This document shows, one piece after another, positions 32,896 to 45,566 of a DNA stretch of 64,000 nucleotides. The first letter of the stretch is position 1; each line of letters begins with the position of its first letter. The stretch comes from an uncultured Actinomycetota bacterium. Lineage in GTDB: Bacteria > Actinomycetota > Actinomycetes > JAHEKZ01. The translations under genes were made by a program, and so were the position numbers. Location of the stretch: positions 1,824,001 through 1,888,000 of the forward strand of contig CAWHIJ010000003.1 in the NCBI GenBank assembly GCA_963829525.1, given 5' to 3'. Below the pieces are notes generated by a model. The model was not told the origin of the DNA and ran no database searches. It saw only the letters and a program-made list of their open reading frames with translations.

Positions 32896-35090
32896 GTGGC
32901 GCATCCCGCGTTGCCAACCACTCTCCCCCTCGCGAGCGGCCCCATGACAGATGGCATGACAGATGCTGCCACTGACGCTATGAAGGACGGCAGGACACCC
33001 GACCTCTCCGCCGGTTGGGCCGAACTTGACCGTCGAGCAGTCGATACCTGTCGGGTCTTGGCCATGGACGCCGTTGAGCGTGTCGGAAATGGTCACCCAG
33101 GCACCGCGATGAGCCTGGCCCCTGCCGCCTACCTCCTCTTCCAGCGCCATCTCCGCCATGACCCCGCTGACCCGCACTGGGGCGGCCGCGACCGGTTCGT
33201 CCTTTCGATGGGGCACTCCAGTCTGACGCTCTACCTGCAGCTCTACCTCTCCGGCTACGGCCTCGAGCTCGACGACCTCAAGGCGCTCCGCACCTGGGGC
33301 AGCCGCACGCCGGCCCACCCCGAGTGGGGTCACACCGCCGGAGTTGAGACCACCACCGGCCCCCTTGGACAGGGCCTGGCCAATGGCGTTGGCATGGCTC
33401 TGGCGCAGCGCCGCGTGCGCGGGTTGCTCGATCCCGATGCAGCTTCGGGTTCTAGCCCCTTCGACTGGACAGTCTGGGTGTTCGCCAGCGACGGTGACAT
33501 GCAGGAGGGGATCAGCGCCGAAGCCTCGTCATTGGCTGGCACCCAGAGACTTGGAAATCTCGCGGTGGTCTGGGACGACAACCGGATATCGATCGAGGAC
33601 GACACCAAATCGCCTTCACCGAGGACGTCTGCGCCCGGTACCGCGCCTACGGCTGGGGCGTCATCGAGGTCGATCTGGCCCCGGATGGAGATATCGACGT
33701 CGTCGCCCTCGACGCGGCCTTCACCGAAGCCAGAGTCGATACCGAACGGCCGACGTTCATTCGACTCCGTTCGCAGATCGCCTGGCCGGCGCCACACGCG
33801 GCCAACACCGGCGCCGCCCACGGTGCAGCATTGGGCGCTGACGAAGTCGCCGCCACCAAGCGCGTTCTCGGGTTCGCCGACGACGCCACCTTCTCGGTAG
33901 CACCCGAGGTGCTGCAGCACGCCCGTCGCGTTGGCGACCGCGGTCGAGCGCTTCACCAGCGTTGGCGCGAGCAGTACAACGCCTGGGCGGCGTCGAACCC
34001 TCAGCGTGCTGCTCTGCGCGAGCGGCTGGAGAAGGGGCAGCTCCCCGACGATTGGCGGCTGCACCTCCCAAGCTTCGAACCCGGAACTGCCGTAGCCACC
34101 AGGTCGGCCTCCGGCAAGACGCTGGCCGCTCTCTCAGCGGTCCTCCCCGAACTCTGGGGCGGGTCAGCCGATCTCGGCAGCTCCAACAACACGACGATGC
34201 CCGGTGAGCCATCCGCCCTGCCGGTTGACCGACAGACCGCCGCCTGGCCGGGCGACCCCTACGGCCGGACGCTCCACTTCGGAGTTCGCGAGCACGCCAT
34301 GGGAGCGATTGCAAACGGCATCGCCCTCGAGGGCCATACCCGTCCCTACGTGGGAACCTTTCTCGTCTTCAGCGACTACATGCGCCCATCGGTCCGGATG
34401 GCAGCTCTGATGGGCATCTCCCCCATCTATGTCTGGTCTCACGACTCCATCGGAGTCGGCGAGGACGGCCCAACGCACCAACCCGTTGAACACGTCGCGG
34501 CGCTCCGCGCGATTCCGCAACTGTCCGTGGTCCGCCCGGGCGATGCCAACGAGACGGTGGCAGCGTGGGCCACGGCGCTCGAGAACAGGAATGGTCCAGT
34601 GGCACTGGTTCTGACCCGCCAGAACGTACCCGTGCTGGACGGCACCGCCGAGCTTGCGATCGATGGGACGGCGCGCGGCGGATACGTCCTGGTGGACCCG
34701 ACGCCGGACGGACAGACACAGAACCTGCCGGACGTAATCCTCATCGGCACTGGCTCCGAGGTGCAGCTTGCCGTCGCGGCAGCCGCGACGTTGTCCGAGG
34801 CCGGAGTCGCCGCCAGGGTCGTCTCGATGCCATGCCTGGAGTGGTTTGACCAACAGCCCATCGAGTACCGCGAATCCGTCCTTCCCCCGCAAGTTCGGGC
34901 CCGCGTTGCCGTAGAGGCCGGTCTGCCCCTCTCCTGGTGGCGCCTGGTCGGCGACCACGGCCGGGTGGTGGGGATCGATCACTACGGTGCCTCAGCCGAC
35001 CAGGTCACCCTCTTTCGCGAGTTCGGGATCACCGCTGACGCCGTCGTCCAGGCTGCCCGCGAGTCCCTCACCGCGGTCTCAGAAGGATGA
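32896..35090 (+). CDS. tkt: Transketolase with a single-base frameshift at about 33608 (probable sequencing error)
   Basis: Frame 1: GHPG, DRFVLSMGH, TTGPLGQG, SDGDMQEG...DDNRISIEDDT. From 33609 another frame continues IAFTEDVCARYRAYGW ... GVREHAM, HDSIGVGEDGPTHQP. Exact start uncertain. Confidence 0.9.
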
Positions 35091-35097
35091 GCCTCTC

Positions 35098-36213
35098 GTG
35101 AGCGGGATCAATCGGCTTTCTGAGCAGGGAGTCTCGGTGTGGCTCGATGACCTGGGTCGTGACCGACTCACCTCAGGTGAGCTGGCACGGCTCGTGGGCG
35201 AAGGGGTGTGCGGGGTCACCACCAACCCGTCGATCTTCGCGGCGGCGGTGGCGAAGGGCAACGCGTATGCGCCGCAGCTTGCCTCGCTGAAAGGACTTGC
35301 CCCGGAGCTGGCCCTGCACGCGCTCATGACTGAAGACGTTCGTAACGCATGCGACGTGCTGGCTGAGACCTTCGAGCAGTCCCGCTCGGTTGACGGACGT
35401 GTCTCACTGGAGGTTGACCCTCGTCTGGCGTTGGACACAACAGCGACCATTGCTGCCGCGCGGCGCATCTGGGCCGACATCGACCGTGCCAACGTGATGG
35501 TGAAGATTCCGGCAACTCGTGCGGGGCTCCCCGCCATCACCGAGACGCTGGCCTCGGGCATCAGTGTGAACGTGACCTTGATCTTCGGGATCGACCGTTA
35601 CATCGAAGTGCAGGATGCCTGGATCGCCGGCCTTGAGTCCGCCCGGACCAACGGTCATGACCTCGCAGCCATTGGCTCAGTGGCTTCCTTCTTCGTCAGC
35701 AGACTCGACACCGCTGTCGACACTCGACTCGACGCCATGGCGGCCTCTGGCTCGCTGGACACCGTTGACCACCAACGACTTCGGGGCCGCGCCGCCGTCG
35801 CCAACGCGAGGAACGCCTACCGCGCATTTGTTCACCGGCTGACCGACGCGCGGTGGCTGGCCCTGGAGTCCGCCGGCGCGCAGCCACAACGTCCGCTGTG
35901 GGCATCGACGAGCACCAAAGACCCCACCTTCGCACCGACTCGCTACGTCGACGAGCTCGTCGCCCCCCAGACCGTCAACACGATGCCGTCGGCAACCCTG
36001 ACCGCCGTTGCGGCTGCGACCGCGGAGTATTCGACGGCGATCGGCCTCACCGATGATGACGCGCAGATCGATGCGTCACTGTTCGCTGACCTCGCTCAGG
36101 TGGGAGTCGAGTACGCGCAGGTTGTCGCTGACCTCGAGGAGGCGGGAATAGCGTCATTCAGCGATGCGTGGAAGAGGCTGCTCGATCTGGTGGCTTCCGC
36201 TCAGATGGCTTGA
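35098..36213 (+). CDS. tal: Transaldolase
   Basis: SVWLDDL, GVTTNPSIF, VKIPAT, NVTLIF, SFFVSRLD, LWASTSTK. Confidence 0.94.
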   Translation: MSGINRLSEQGVSVWLDDLGRDRLTSGELARLVGEGVCGVTTNPSIFAAAVAKGNAYAPQLASLKGLAPELALHALMTEDVRNACDVLAETFEQSRSVDGRVSLEVDPRLALDTTATIAAARRIWADIDRANVMVKIPATRAGLPAITETLASGISVNVTLIFGIDRYIEVQDAWIAGLESARTNGHDLAAIGSVASFFVSRLDTAVDTRLDAMAASGSLDTVDHQRLRGRAAVANARNAYRAFVHRLTDARWLALESAGAQPQRPLWASTSTKDPTFAPTRYVDELVAPQTVNTMPSATLTAVAAATAEYSTAIGLTDDDAQIDASLFADLAQVGVEYAQVVADLEEAGIASFSDAWKRLLDLVASAQMA

Positions 36214-36219
36214 GGCCGG

Positions 36220-36555
36220 CTAGACCTGACCACGCAGTTTGGCGAGCGCCTCGGCCAGGATCGCCTCACCATCGGCGTCCGAGCGCCGCTCCTTGACGTA
36301 GGCAAGGTGAGTCTTGTACGGCTCGTTCTTCGGGGCAGATGGCGGAGTTTCGCGGTCCTGGCCAGCCGGCATCCCGCAACGCGGGCAGTCCCAGGTGTCA
36401 GGAATGTCGGCCTCATCAGCAAAACTCGGGCGTGACTCGTGTGCGTTGGCACACCAGTAGCTGATGCGACGCCGAGGCGCGGGCTCACCGCGCTCAGCTT
36501 CCCCCATGGGGCCAGCACCGACCCGACTCCCGCGAATGGCGCTACCACCAGCCAT
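36220..36555 (-). CDS. rbpA: RNA polymerase-binding protein RbpA
   Basis: IRGSRVG, YWCANAH, WDCPRCG, YKTHLAYVKERR. Confidence 0.93.
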   Translation of the reverse strand: MAGGSAIRGSRVGAGPMGEAERGEPAPRRRISYWCANAHESRPSFADEADIPDTWDCPRCGMPAGQDRETPPSAPKNEPYKTHLAYVKERRSDADGEAILAEALAKLRGQV

Positions 36556-36605
36556 TGCTCACCGCCTCCAGTTACGTGTCATGTCCGATGGACCCTACAA
36601 ACGTG

Positions 36606-36848
36606 CTAGTTCGATCCGAGCAGCAGGCCAAGGCCAACGATGCAAGCGAACCAGATGATCCCAGCAGCGATGGTCATGCGGTCGAGGTTTCGTTCCACGA
36701 CGTTCGATCCTCCGAGTGAGGTCGACATGCCGCCTCCGAACATGTCAGAGAGGCCGCCACCCTTGCCCTTGTGGAGCAAGATGAGAGCGAGCAGGGCCAG
36801 GCTCATCAGGTTGACGATGACCGTGAGGCCAATCTCTATCGCTGACAC
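36606..36848 (-). CDS. secG: Preprotein translocase subunit SecG
   Basis: ILLHKGKGGGLSDMFGGG...ERNLDR. Confidence 0.95.
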   Translation of the reverse strand: MSAIEIGLTVIVNLMSLALLALILLHKGKGGGLSDMFGGGMSTSLGGSNVVERNLDRMTIAAGIIWFACIVGLGLLLGSN

Positions 36849-36927
36849 CGAGAATCTCCTCGAGAGGGTGACGGGGCGCTACAAGGATAGGCATGCCGAG
36901 CCCGAAGTGGTGGCCGGACCCCCCGAG

Positions 36928-37731
36928 TCACCCCGCAGAAGCCTGTGTGGACCCATAGCGAACGATGCCGACGAACTCCTCGGCAGACAAACTCGCACCG
37001 CCGATGAGCGCCCCATCGACGTCGGGCTGGGCCATGATTCCGGCTGCATTGTCCGCCTTCACCGAGCCGCCGTACAGGATCCGTACGCCGGCGGCCACGT
37101 CCTGCCCATACGTCTTCGCCACCCACGCGCGAAGAGCGCCGCAAACCTCTTGGGCATCCTCCGGTGTGGCGACCTCGCCGGTTCCGATCGCCCAGACAGG
37201 TTCGTAGGCGATCACCGCCGTTGCGACGTCGTCGACGCCGTCGAGTGACCCCCGTAGCTGTTCGACAACATGCGCAACCTGCTCATCGGCCTGCCGGACC
37301 TCGAGCGCCTCGCCCACGCAGATGATGGGGGTGATTTCATGCCGCCGCGCTGCCTGCGCCTTGGCGGCGACGGTCGCGTCGTCCTCGTGGTGGTACTGGC
37401 GACGCTCGGAGTGGCCAACGACTACGTAGTCGCATCCCAGTTTCGCGAGCATCGCCCCGGACACCTCGCCGGTGAAGGCGCCACTGTCGTGGACGGAGAT
37501 GTCCTGGGCCCCGTAACCGATGCTGACATGGTCGGCATCGATCAGTGTCTGCACCGACCTGATGTCGGTGAACGGCGGTAGGACTGCCACCTCGACCGCC
37601 TCGAGATCAGCGTCGCTGAGGCGGAACGAGAGATCTTGGACCAGGTGCATGGCCTCGAAGTGATTCAAGTTCATCTTCCAGTTGCCGGCCATCAACGGCC
37701 TACGGCCCGCGGGCTTACCCGACTTCGTCAT
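36928..37731 (-). CDS. tpiA: Triosephosphate isomerase
   Basis: [29 protein letters not shown]. Confidence 0.97.
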   Translation of the reverse strand: MTKSGKPAGRRPLMAGNWKMNLNHFEAMHLVQDLSFRLSDADLEAVEVAVLPPFTDIRSVQTLIDADHVSIGYGAQDISVHDSGAFTGEVSGAMLAKLGCDYVVVGHSERRQYHHEDDATVAAKAQAARRHEITPIICVGEALEVRQADEQVAHVVEQLRGSLDGVDDVATAVIAYEPVWAIGTGEVATPEDAQEVCGALRAWVAKTYGQDVAAGVRILYGGSVKADNAAGIMAQPDVDGALIGGASLSAEEFVGIVRYGSTQASAG

Positions 37732-38957
37732 CAGGGCGCTCCACTCTCTCCGGTGGTCTGGTCGAGGACCGCGATGCCAGGAAGAACACGTCCCTCGAGA
37801 AACTCCAAGCTCGCGCCGCCACCGGTGGAGATGTGGCCGAAGGCTCGCTCGTCGAATCCAAGGGTCCGGACTGCGGCGGCAGAGTCACCTCCGCCGACCA
37901 CCGTGAAACCCGAGGAGTCGGTCAGTGCCTGGGCGACTGCACGCGTTCCCGCAGCAAACGTCGGGAACTCAAAGACCCCCATCGGTCCGTTCCAGAACAC
38001 CGTCTGCGCATCGGCTAAGGCATCGGCGAACTCCCGCTGTGCCGCAGGGCCGATATCGAGGCCCATTGCATTGTCCGGGATCGCCGACGCGGCCACGACG
38101 CTCGGCGTCGCGTCAGCAGCAAATCGGTCAGCCACCACGATATCGCTCGGCAGCACGATCTCGACACCCCGCCGCACCGCATCGGCGAGCAATCCGCGGA
38201 CAGTATCGATCTGGTCCTGCTCCAGCAGCGAAGTTCCTGTTGGGTACCCCTTCGCCGCGAGGAAGGTGTAGACCATGCCGCCACCTACGAGCATTCGATC
38301 AACGCGCTCAAGGAGATGGGCTATCACCGCAAGCTTGTCGCTGACTTTCGACCCGCCAAGCACGACGGCGTATGGCCGGCTCGGATCGTCAGTGAGCCGC
38401 GTGAGTACTTCCATCTCAGCTGCAACCAAGCGCCCCGCGTAGGAAGGGCGTCGAGTCGCGATATCGAAGACACTCGCTTGCTTTCGGTGCACAACACCGA
38501 ACCCATCACTGACAAAGACGTCGCACAGAGCTGCGTACTTCTCAGCTAACGCGGCTCGTTCGTCTTCGTCCTTGCTTGTCTCCCGAGCGTCGAACCGCAC
38601 GTTCTCCAGAACGAGGACGTTTCCCGTGGGCAGGGAGGCGACCGCACTTGCGGCTTCCGATCCAGATGACGCCGCAACAAAGCTCACGGGGAAATCGAGG
38701 AGCTGACCGAGGCGGTCAGCCACGGGCCTCAGCGACAGCTCGGCACGGACTTCGCCTTTGGGACGCCCGAGGTGGGCGGCCACAATCACCCGGGCTCCGG
38801 CCGAAGCAAGAAGATCAATCGTTGGCACGCTCGCCCGTATTCGTCCGTCGTCAGTGATACGGCCATCGTCCATCGGAACGTTTAGGTCAGAGCGCACAAG
38901 CACGCGTACATCCGACAAATCGCCTTGCTTCGCGAGCAGGGCGTCCAAAGAACGCAT
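37731..38957 (-). CDS. pgk: Phosphoglycerate kinase
   Basis: [38 protein letters not shown]. Confidence 0.97.
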   Translation of the reverse strand: MRSLDALLAKQGDLSDVRVLVRSDLNVPMDDGRITDDGRIRASVPTIDLLASAGARVIVAAHLGRPKGEVRAELSLRPVADRLGQLLDFPVSFVAASSGSEAASAVASLPTGNVLVLENVRFDARETSKDEDERAALAEKYAALCDVFVSDGFGVVHRKQASVFDIATRRPSYAGRLVAAEMEVLTRLTDDPSRPYAVVLGGSKVSDKLAVIAHLLERVDRMLVGGGMVYTFLAAKGYPTGTSLLEQDQIDTVRGLLADAVRRGVEIVLPSDIVVADRFAADATPSVVAASAIPDNAMGLDIGPAAQREFADALADAQTVFWNGPMGVFEFPTFAAGTRAVAQALTDSSGFTVVGGGDSAAAVRTLGFDERAFGHISTGGGASLEFLEGRVLPGIAVLDQTTGESGAP

Positions 38958-38963
38958 GACCGG

Positions 38964-40013
<1,050 letters not shown>

Positions 40014-40994
40014 CTACAACCGGAGCATATCGGCGGTGACGTTCGCCTCCGTGCCTTCGATCCCAAGATCAGAAGCTCGCTTGTCCGCCATCGCCAGCAG
40101 CCGCCGGATTCGCCCGGCAATCGCGTCCTTGGTCAGCGGTGGATCGGCGAGGGCGCCGAGCTCTTCGAGGCTGGCCTGCTTGTGCTGCAGTCGCAGGTGC
40201 CCCGCGACTGACAGATGCTCGGGAACCTCATCCCCCAATATCTCCAATGCCCTTTCGACCCGCGCCCCCGCTGCGACGGCGGCTCTGGCCGACCGACGCA
40301 GATTGGCGTCGTCGAAGTTGGCGAGTCGATTCGCGGTAGCTCGCACCTCGCGTCGCATCCGCCGGTCTTCCCACGCCAGCACGCTGTCGTGGGCACCCAG
40401 TCGGGTCAGCATTGCCCCGATCGCATCACCGTCGCGAATCACCACGCGGTCGACCCCGCGCACCTCGCGCGCCTTCGAGGCAATCCCGAGCCGGCGGGCG
40501 GCGCCCACCAACGCCAATGCTGCTTCGGGGCCAGGGCAGGTGATTTCCATGGCTGAGGACCGGCCCGGCTCCGTGAGCGACCCATGCGCGAGGAAGGCGC
40601 CCCGCCAGGCCGATTCGGCGTCGCAGATCGCCCCGGACACCACCGGCGGGGGAAGTCCTCGCACCGGCCGTCCGCGACCGTCGACGAGACCGGTCTGGCG
40701 GGCCAACGCGTCACCGTCCTTGACGATGCGGACGACGTAGCGGGTGCCTTTGCGGAGACCGCCTGCCGCCAGCACCGCGAGGTCGCTGGAGTGGCCGTAG
40801 ACCTCGGAGATGTCTTTGCGAAGCCGACGAGCCGCCGCCCCGGTGTCGAGCTCTGCTTCGAGGATGATGTGCCCACTCACCAGGTGGAGTCCACCGGCAA
40901 AACGCAGCAGGGCCGAAACCTCGGCCTTACGGCAGCAGGGCTTGGTGACGGTCAGTCGAGCAAGCTCGTCCTTCACCTGGGCGGTCATGGCCAT
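40014..40994 (-). CDS. whiA: DNA-binding protein WhiA
   Basis: [49 protein letters not shown]. Confidence 0.95.
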   Translation of the reverse strand: MAMTAQVKDELARLTVTKPCCRKAEVSALLRFAGGLHLVSGHIILEAELDTGAAARRLRKDISEVYGHSSDLAVLAAGGLRKGTRYVVRIVKDGDALARQTGLVDGRGRPVRGLPPPVVSGAICDAESAWRGAFLAHGSLTEPGRSSAMEITCPGPEAALALVGAARRLGIASKAREVRGVDRVVIRDGDAIGAMLTRLGAHDSVLAWEDRRMRREVRATANRLANFDDANLRRSARAAVAAGARVERALEILGDEVPEHLSVAGHLRLQHKQASLEELGALADPPLTKDAIAGRIRRLLAMADKRASDLGIEGTEANVTADMLRL

Positions 40995-41007
40995 GGGCGG
41001 CATCCTC

Positions 41008-41991
41008 TCACCCTGCCCCATTTTGTGGGGGCCGTGGGGCTGTTAACCACGGGCGGAGGGCTGCTGCCAGGGCATCTGGATCGTGCCTGGGCAACGTGGA
41101 CAGTTCTCTGACATTGCCCAGTGCGACCTCGGCCCCGAGCTGCGCGGCTGCCTTCTCAAGGGCATCGATGTCGGTGACCGATGAGGGGTCGGCGAGCACG
41201 ACATCGATTCCCAGCCCGGGAGCATGCCGCTCCAGCACCTGAAGGTACGACTCGGGAGCGAAGCCCGTGGTCTCACCTGCTTGGGGTTCGAGATTGAGTA
41301 CGACCATGCGTCGAGCAGCCGTCCGCCTCAGCGCCGCAGCCAGCCCAGGGACCAGAAGGTGCGGGATCACGCTGGTGAACCACGACCCGGGGCCGAGCAC
41401 CACCCAGTCGGCGTCCTCGATGGCTTCGACGGCCTGTGGGCAGGCCGGTGGTTCCTGTGGAAGCAACATGACGTCGACTATTCGACCCGTTGCCGTCGCG
41501 ACAGCCACCTGACCCCGCACCACCACAAGCGAGCCATCGTGGTGTTCGACACGGGCCTCGATCTCGAGCGGGACGGTGGTCATCGGAAGCACCCGGCCAG
41601 ATGACTTGAGCAGGCGGCCGACCCAGTCAAGTCCGTTCACCGGGTCGTCCGCGGCAAGCTCCCACAGCGCCACAATGAGCAAGTTGCCAACGCTATGACC
41701 GGCCAAGTCCCCGGGGCCAGCGAACCGGTGCTGGACAACTCGGCTCCATGTGCGTCCCCATTCGTCGTCCTCGCAGAGCGCAGCCAACGCCATACGCAAG
41801 TCACCTGGCGGTAGCACTCCGAGGTCTCGCCGGAGGCGTCCACTGGAGCCCCCGTCATCGGCGACGGTGACGACCGCAGTCACGTTGGGGGTGACTCGCC
41901 GCAGGGCAGACAGGGAGGCCGCCAAGCCGTGCCCTCCACCGAAGGCCACGACACAAGGCGCCCCGGTTCTCGCGGCCTTGAAGTCACTCAC
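41008..41991 (-). CDS. yvcK: YvcK/GlmR (CuvA) family UDP-GlcNAc-binding protein
   Basis: [36 protein letters not shown]; start reassigned to GTG overlapping the rapZ stop. Confidence 0.92.
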   Translation of the reverse strand: MSDFKAARTGAPCVVAFGGGHGLAASLSALRRVTPNVTAVVTVADDGGSSGRLRRDLGVLPPGDLRMALAALCEDDEWGRTWSRVVQHRFAGPGDLAGHSVGNLLIVALWELAADDPVNGLDWVGRLLKSSGRVLPMTTVPLEIEARVEHHDGSLVVVRGQVAVATATGRIVDVMLLPQEPPACPQAVEAIEDADWVVLGPGSWFTSVIPHLLVPGLAAALRRTAARRMVVLNLEPQAGETTGFAPESYLQVLERHAPGLGIDVVLADPSSVTDIDALEKAAAQLGAEVALGNVRELSTLPRHDPDALAAALRPWLTAPRPPQNGAG

Positions 41992-42946
41992 GGCCGAGAT
42001 CCCGGTGGACAACCCGGATGGAGACACTCTCAGAGGCGATCCGGCGACCGAGCTCGGCTGACAGGGCCACGCTGCGATGCTTGCCTCCCGTACATCCCAG
42101 CGCGACGGTGGCATAGCGCTTGTTCTCGGTGCGATAGCCCTCAAGCGCGATTCGGAGTGCCGCTTCGTAGGCGTTGAGGAACGGCACGGCGTCCGGCTGC
42201 CCGAGCACGTACTCGGCGACCATCGAATCCTCACCTGTGAGAGCTCGGAGGTCAGGTACCCAGTACGGGTTCGGCAAGAACCGGCAGTCGGCTACGAAGT
42301 CGGCATCCACTGGCAGCCCGTACTTGAAACCGAAAGACATGACGGTGATCTGGACGGGTCGAGCACCGCCGTGCCCCAGGGCGGTCTCGATCCTGGTACG
42401 CAGCTGGTGGACGTTCAATGGCGAGGTGTCGATCAGCAGATCGGCTGATTCCCTGAGCGTGCCCAGCAGAGCTCGCTCGGCGGCAATTCCCTCGACCACC
42501 CGACCGTCCCCCTGCAGCGGGTGTGGACGCCGCGAGGACTCAAATCGCCGAACGAGCGTGTCGTCGTCAGCTTCGAGGAAGACAAGGCGGGGCTCGATCC
42601 CGAACGCTTCCACGGCGCCAAGAGCCGCCTGGAGGTCGCCAAAGAACTCGCCGCCGCGGACGTCTGCCACCGCCGCGATGCGCAGCCCCCCGGAGTCTGC
42701 GGCGGAGTCGAAGTCAGCCCTTCCGGCGCGCCCCTGCCGGGCCAGCTCGACCATGCGCGGCAGCAGCGAGGGCGGCATATTGTCGACAACGAACCAGCCA
42801 AGGTCCTCAAGGGCGTTGGCCGCTGTGCTCCTTCCGGCCCCGGACATCCCGGTGAGTACCAGCACCTCTGGCTGGTCCACCGAGCTGCCGTTCGCCATCG
42901 TCGGGCTCTCCGGAGGAGTGAGTGGCGGCTTGCTGCTGTCAGGCAC
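41984..42946 (-). CDS. rapZ: RNase adapter RapZ / YvcJ P-loop protein
   Basis: GMSGAGRST, VDNMP, SFGFKYG, GCTGGKHRSV; GTG 42946 has CACAAT 6 nt upstream. Confidence 0.94.
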   Translation of the reverse strand: MPDSSKPPLTPPESPTMANGSSVDQPEVLVLTGMSGAGRSTAANALEDLGWFVVDNMPPSLLPRMVELARQGRAGRADFDSAADSGGLRIAAVADVRGGEFFGDLQAALGAVEAFGIEPRLVFLEADDDTLVRRFESSRRPHPLQGDGRVVEGIAAERALLGTLRESADLLIDTSPLNVHQLRTRIETALGHGGARPVQITVMSFGFKYGLPVDADFVADCRFLPNPYWVPDLRALTGEDSMVAEYVLGQPDAVPFLNAYEAALRIALEGYRTENKRYATVALGCTGGKHRSVALSAELGRRIASESVSIRVVHRDLGRE

Positions 42947-42981
42947 GGGGACATTGTGTCGCACCTGTGGCTGAGCTGGGG

Positions 42982-44904
42982 CTAGTCGCTGACGATCTCG
43001 CCTGTCGAGGTGTCCACACGCTCGGCGGTGGGCTGCTCCGCAAGCGTCGCCACGATGATCTCGGCTAGTCGAGGCCCAATCCCGGAGACCTGCTGGAGGG
43101 TCTCGGCGTCGGCTGCCTTGATCTTGCGCAGCGACCCGAATCGGCGCAGTAGTGCGCGTTTGCGCTCCGGACCAAGTCCGGCGATGGCATCGAGGGCGCT
43201 GGTCGTGGTGGCCCGGCTGCGCTTCTGCCGTTGGTAGGCGATGGCGAATCGATGCGCCTCATCGCGGACTCGCTGCAGCAGGAAGAGCCCTTGAGAGCCG
43301 CGAGACAAGATCATCGGGGTCTCATCCCCGGCGACCCAGACTTCCTCCAACCTCTTGGCCAACCCCACCACAGTCACATCGGTGATTCCGAGCTCAGTGA
43401 CGGCGTCGGCCGCGGCAGCTGCCTGCGCCGGCCCACCATCGACCACGACCAGCTGAGGACGGTAGGCGAACCTCTTGGGGCGTCCGATCTCGTCGTCGGC
43501 TCCCCCCTCGTCCGTGCCCTCCACCAACCTCCGAAATCGCCGCCCGACAACCTCGGCCATAGCAGCCGGATCGTCACCGCCTGGGCTCTTTACCGAAAAG
43601 CGCCGATAGTCGCCCGTTCTCGGCATGCCGTCCTCGAAGACGACCATCGACGCGACCGGATCGGTACCGGCCAGGTGGGAGATGTCGAAGCACTCGATCC
43701 GCAGCGGCGCCTCAGGCAGTGCGAGCGCCTCTTGGAGCTCTTCGAGCGCGACCGCTCGGGCAGTGAGGTCGCCTGAGCGCTTCACCTTGTGTATGGCCAG
43801 CGCATGCGAGGCGTTCTGGGCCACTGTCTCCATGAGGGCACGCTTGTCTCCACGCATCGGTATCCGGACATCGACGTGCGAGCCCCGACGCTCAGAGAGC
43901 CAGGCGCTGACCAGCTGCGGATCCGTCGGTGCAACGCCTGTCAGAACTTCGCGAGGAATCGACTCGGGGACCAACTCGCCGTACAGATACGTGAGGAATT
44001 GCTCCATCAGCGCGGGGCCGTCGACGTCATCCAGCTTCTCGGTGACCGTTCCGCGCTGGCCTCGTATCCGTCCTCCGCGCACATGAAACACATGGAATGC
44101 GACCTCAAGCTCGTCTTCCACCATGGCGATGACGTCCGCATCGGTGTCGTCGGGGAGCACCACCGTGTTGCGCTCAAGAGCGCGCTCGAGGGCACGGATG
44201 TCATCACGTAGCCGGGCCGCGCGCTCGTACTCCTGAGCCTCCGACGCCTCCTTCATCAGGCGCTGCCGCTCTTTCATGAAGCGGCCGGTGTCACCGGCGA
44301 GAAAGGCGCAGAGATCGTCGACCAGGACGCGGTGGTCCTCTGCCGAGATTTGATCGACGCAAGGCGCCGTGCACTTGTCGATGTACCCGAGAAGGCAGGG
44401 GCGCCCCATCTGGCCGGCTCTCTTGAAGACACCAGCGCTGCATGACCTGATCGGGAAAACCCGAAGTAGTTGGTCGAGCGTCTCGCGAATCGCCCATGCG
44501 TGCGAATAAGGACCGAAGTAGCGCACACCCTTGCGCTTGGAGCCTCGCATCACCTGGGCCCGCGGGAAGGTCTCACCCACGCTGACGGCTAGGAATGGAT
44601 AGCTCTTGTCATCTCGGTACTTGACGTTGAACCGCGGGTCGAACTCCTTGATCCAGGAGTACTCGAGCTGAAGCGCCTCGACCTCGGTGGCAACCACCGT
44701 CCAGGTGACCGACGCCGCTCCCCACACCATTGATCGGGTGCGTGGGTGCAGAGCCTCGGGGTCCTGGAAGTACTGCCCGAGTCGGCTTCGCAGGCTCTTG
44801 GCCTTGCCGACATAGACAACGCGCCCCTCAGCGTCGAGGAACCGGTACACCCCTGGTCGGTCGGGGATGCTGCCCGGTGTCGGGCGGTAGAGCGTGGGAT
44901 CCAT
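42982..44904 (-). CDS. uvrC: Excinuclease ABC subunit C
   Basis: GIY-YIG PGVY...YVGKAKSLR, IECFDISH, VDGG, RDEAHRFAI, C-terminal HhH. Confidence 0.97.
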   Translation of the reverse strand: MDPTLYRPTPGSIPDRPGVYRFLDAEGRVVYVGKAKSLRSRLGQYFQDPEALHPRTRSMVWGAASVTWTVVATEVEALQLEYSWIKEFDPRFNVKYRDDKSYPFLAVSVGETFPRAQVMRGSKRKGVRYFGPYSHAWAIRETLDQLLRVFPIRSCSAGVFKRAGQMGRPCLLGYIDKCTAPCVDQISAEDHRVLVDDLCAFLAGDTGRFMKERQRLMKEASEAQEYERAARLRDDIRALERALERNTVVLPDDTDADVIAMVEDELEVAFHVFHVRGGRIRGQRGTVTEKLDDVDGPALMEQFLTYLYGELVPESIPREVLTGVAPTDPQLVSAWLSERRGSHVDVRIPMRGDKRALMETVAQNASHALAIHKVKRSGDLTARAVALEELQEALALPEAPLRIECFDISHLAGTDPVASMVVFEDGMPRTGDYRRFSVKSPGGDDPAAMAEVVGRRFRRLVEGTDEGGADDEIGRPKRFAYRPQLVVVDGGPAQAAAAADAVTELGITDVTVVGLAKRLEEVWVAGDETPMILSRGSQGLFLLQRVRDEAHRFAIAYQRQKRSRATTTSALDAIAGLGPERKRALLRRFGSLRKIKAADAETLQQVSGIGPRLAEIIVATLAEQPTAERVDTSTGEIVSD

Positions 44905-44912
44905 AAGACGCG

Positions 44913-45383
44913 CTAGGCGCGCACCACCGAGTTGCCGTCGACGGTCACGTCAATCGGAGGGAGAGGAGACGAGGCCGGCCCGGCAACTACCGAACCGTCC
45001 TCGACGGAGAACCTTGAGCCGTGACAGTTGCAGTTGATCGTGCCGTCTGCGACATCGGCGACCGGGCAGCCCTGGTGGGTGCAGATCGATGAGAAGGCAA
45101 CGAACTCTCCAGCCGTCGGTTGTGTGACCACCACCTGCGACTGGTCCAGGATGACTCCTCCACCCTCGGGTACGTCACTGGTTGCCACAAGCACCTCGGG
45201 CTGTCCGCCCCCACTCCCACCTGAGTCCGTCGTGGGGGCTGCAGGCGTTGGCGTGGGATCTGCCGCCGTAGTCGCGTCTGAGCCGCAAGCAGCGAGAGCG
45301 GGCCCGACAGAAACCACCGCTCCGACGATCGCGGCACCCCGCAGGACCGTCCGGCGATCGAAGGAGGGACTCGTCTCGTCCAT
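44913..45383 (-). CDS. Tat-exported Rieske (2Fe-2S) lipoprotein
   Basis: DRRTVL twin-arginine motif, lipobox LAAC, CTHQGC and CNCHGS. Confidence 0.9.
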   Translation of the reverse strand: MDETSPSFDRRTVLRGAAIVGAVVSVGPALAACGSDATTAADPTPTPAAPTTDSGGSGGGQPEVLVATSDVPEGGGVILDQSQVVVTQPTAGEFVAFSSICTHQGCPVADVADGTINCNCHGSRFSVEDGSVVAGPASSPLPPIDVTVDGNSVVRA

Positions 45384-45566
45384 TGCATGCTCCCGCTTCT
45401 TCAGGCCGTTGACCCACGCGGTTGTGCGCGTGGAGATTGCTCATGGTCACCCTACGTCCTTCGGGCGAAAAGCCCTGGCCCAAACTCTCTGAGACCGAAG
45501 ACCCTGGGCTTCTGCCTGGCAAAAGGACACCATGGTTGTAGGAATAGCAATCGCGGAGGTGACGCC

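Noticed and set aside
44905-44935. RecA-NDp motif upstream of uvrC (ACTCGG-N11-TAGCGC)
   Set aside because: Wrong spacing and mismatches in both boxes
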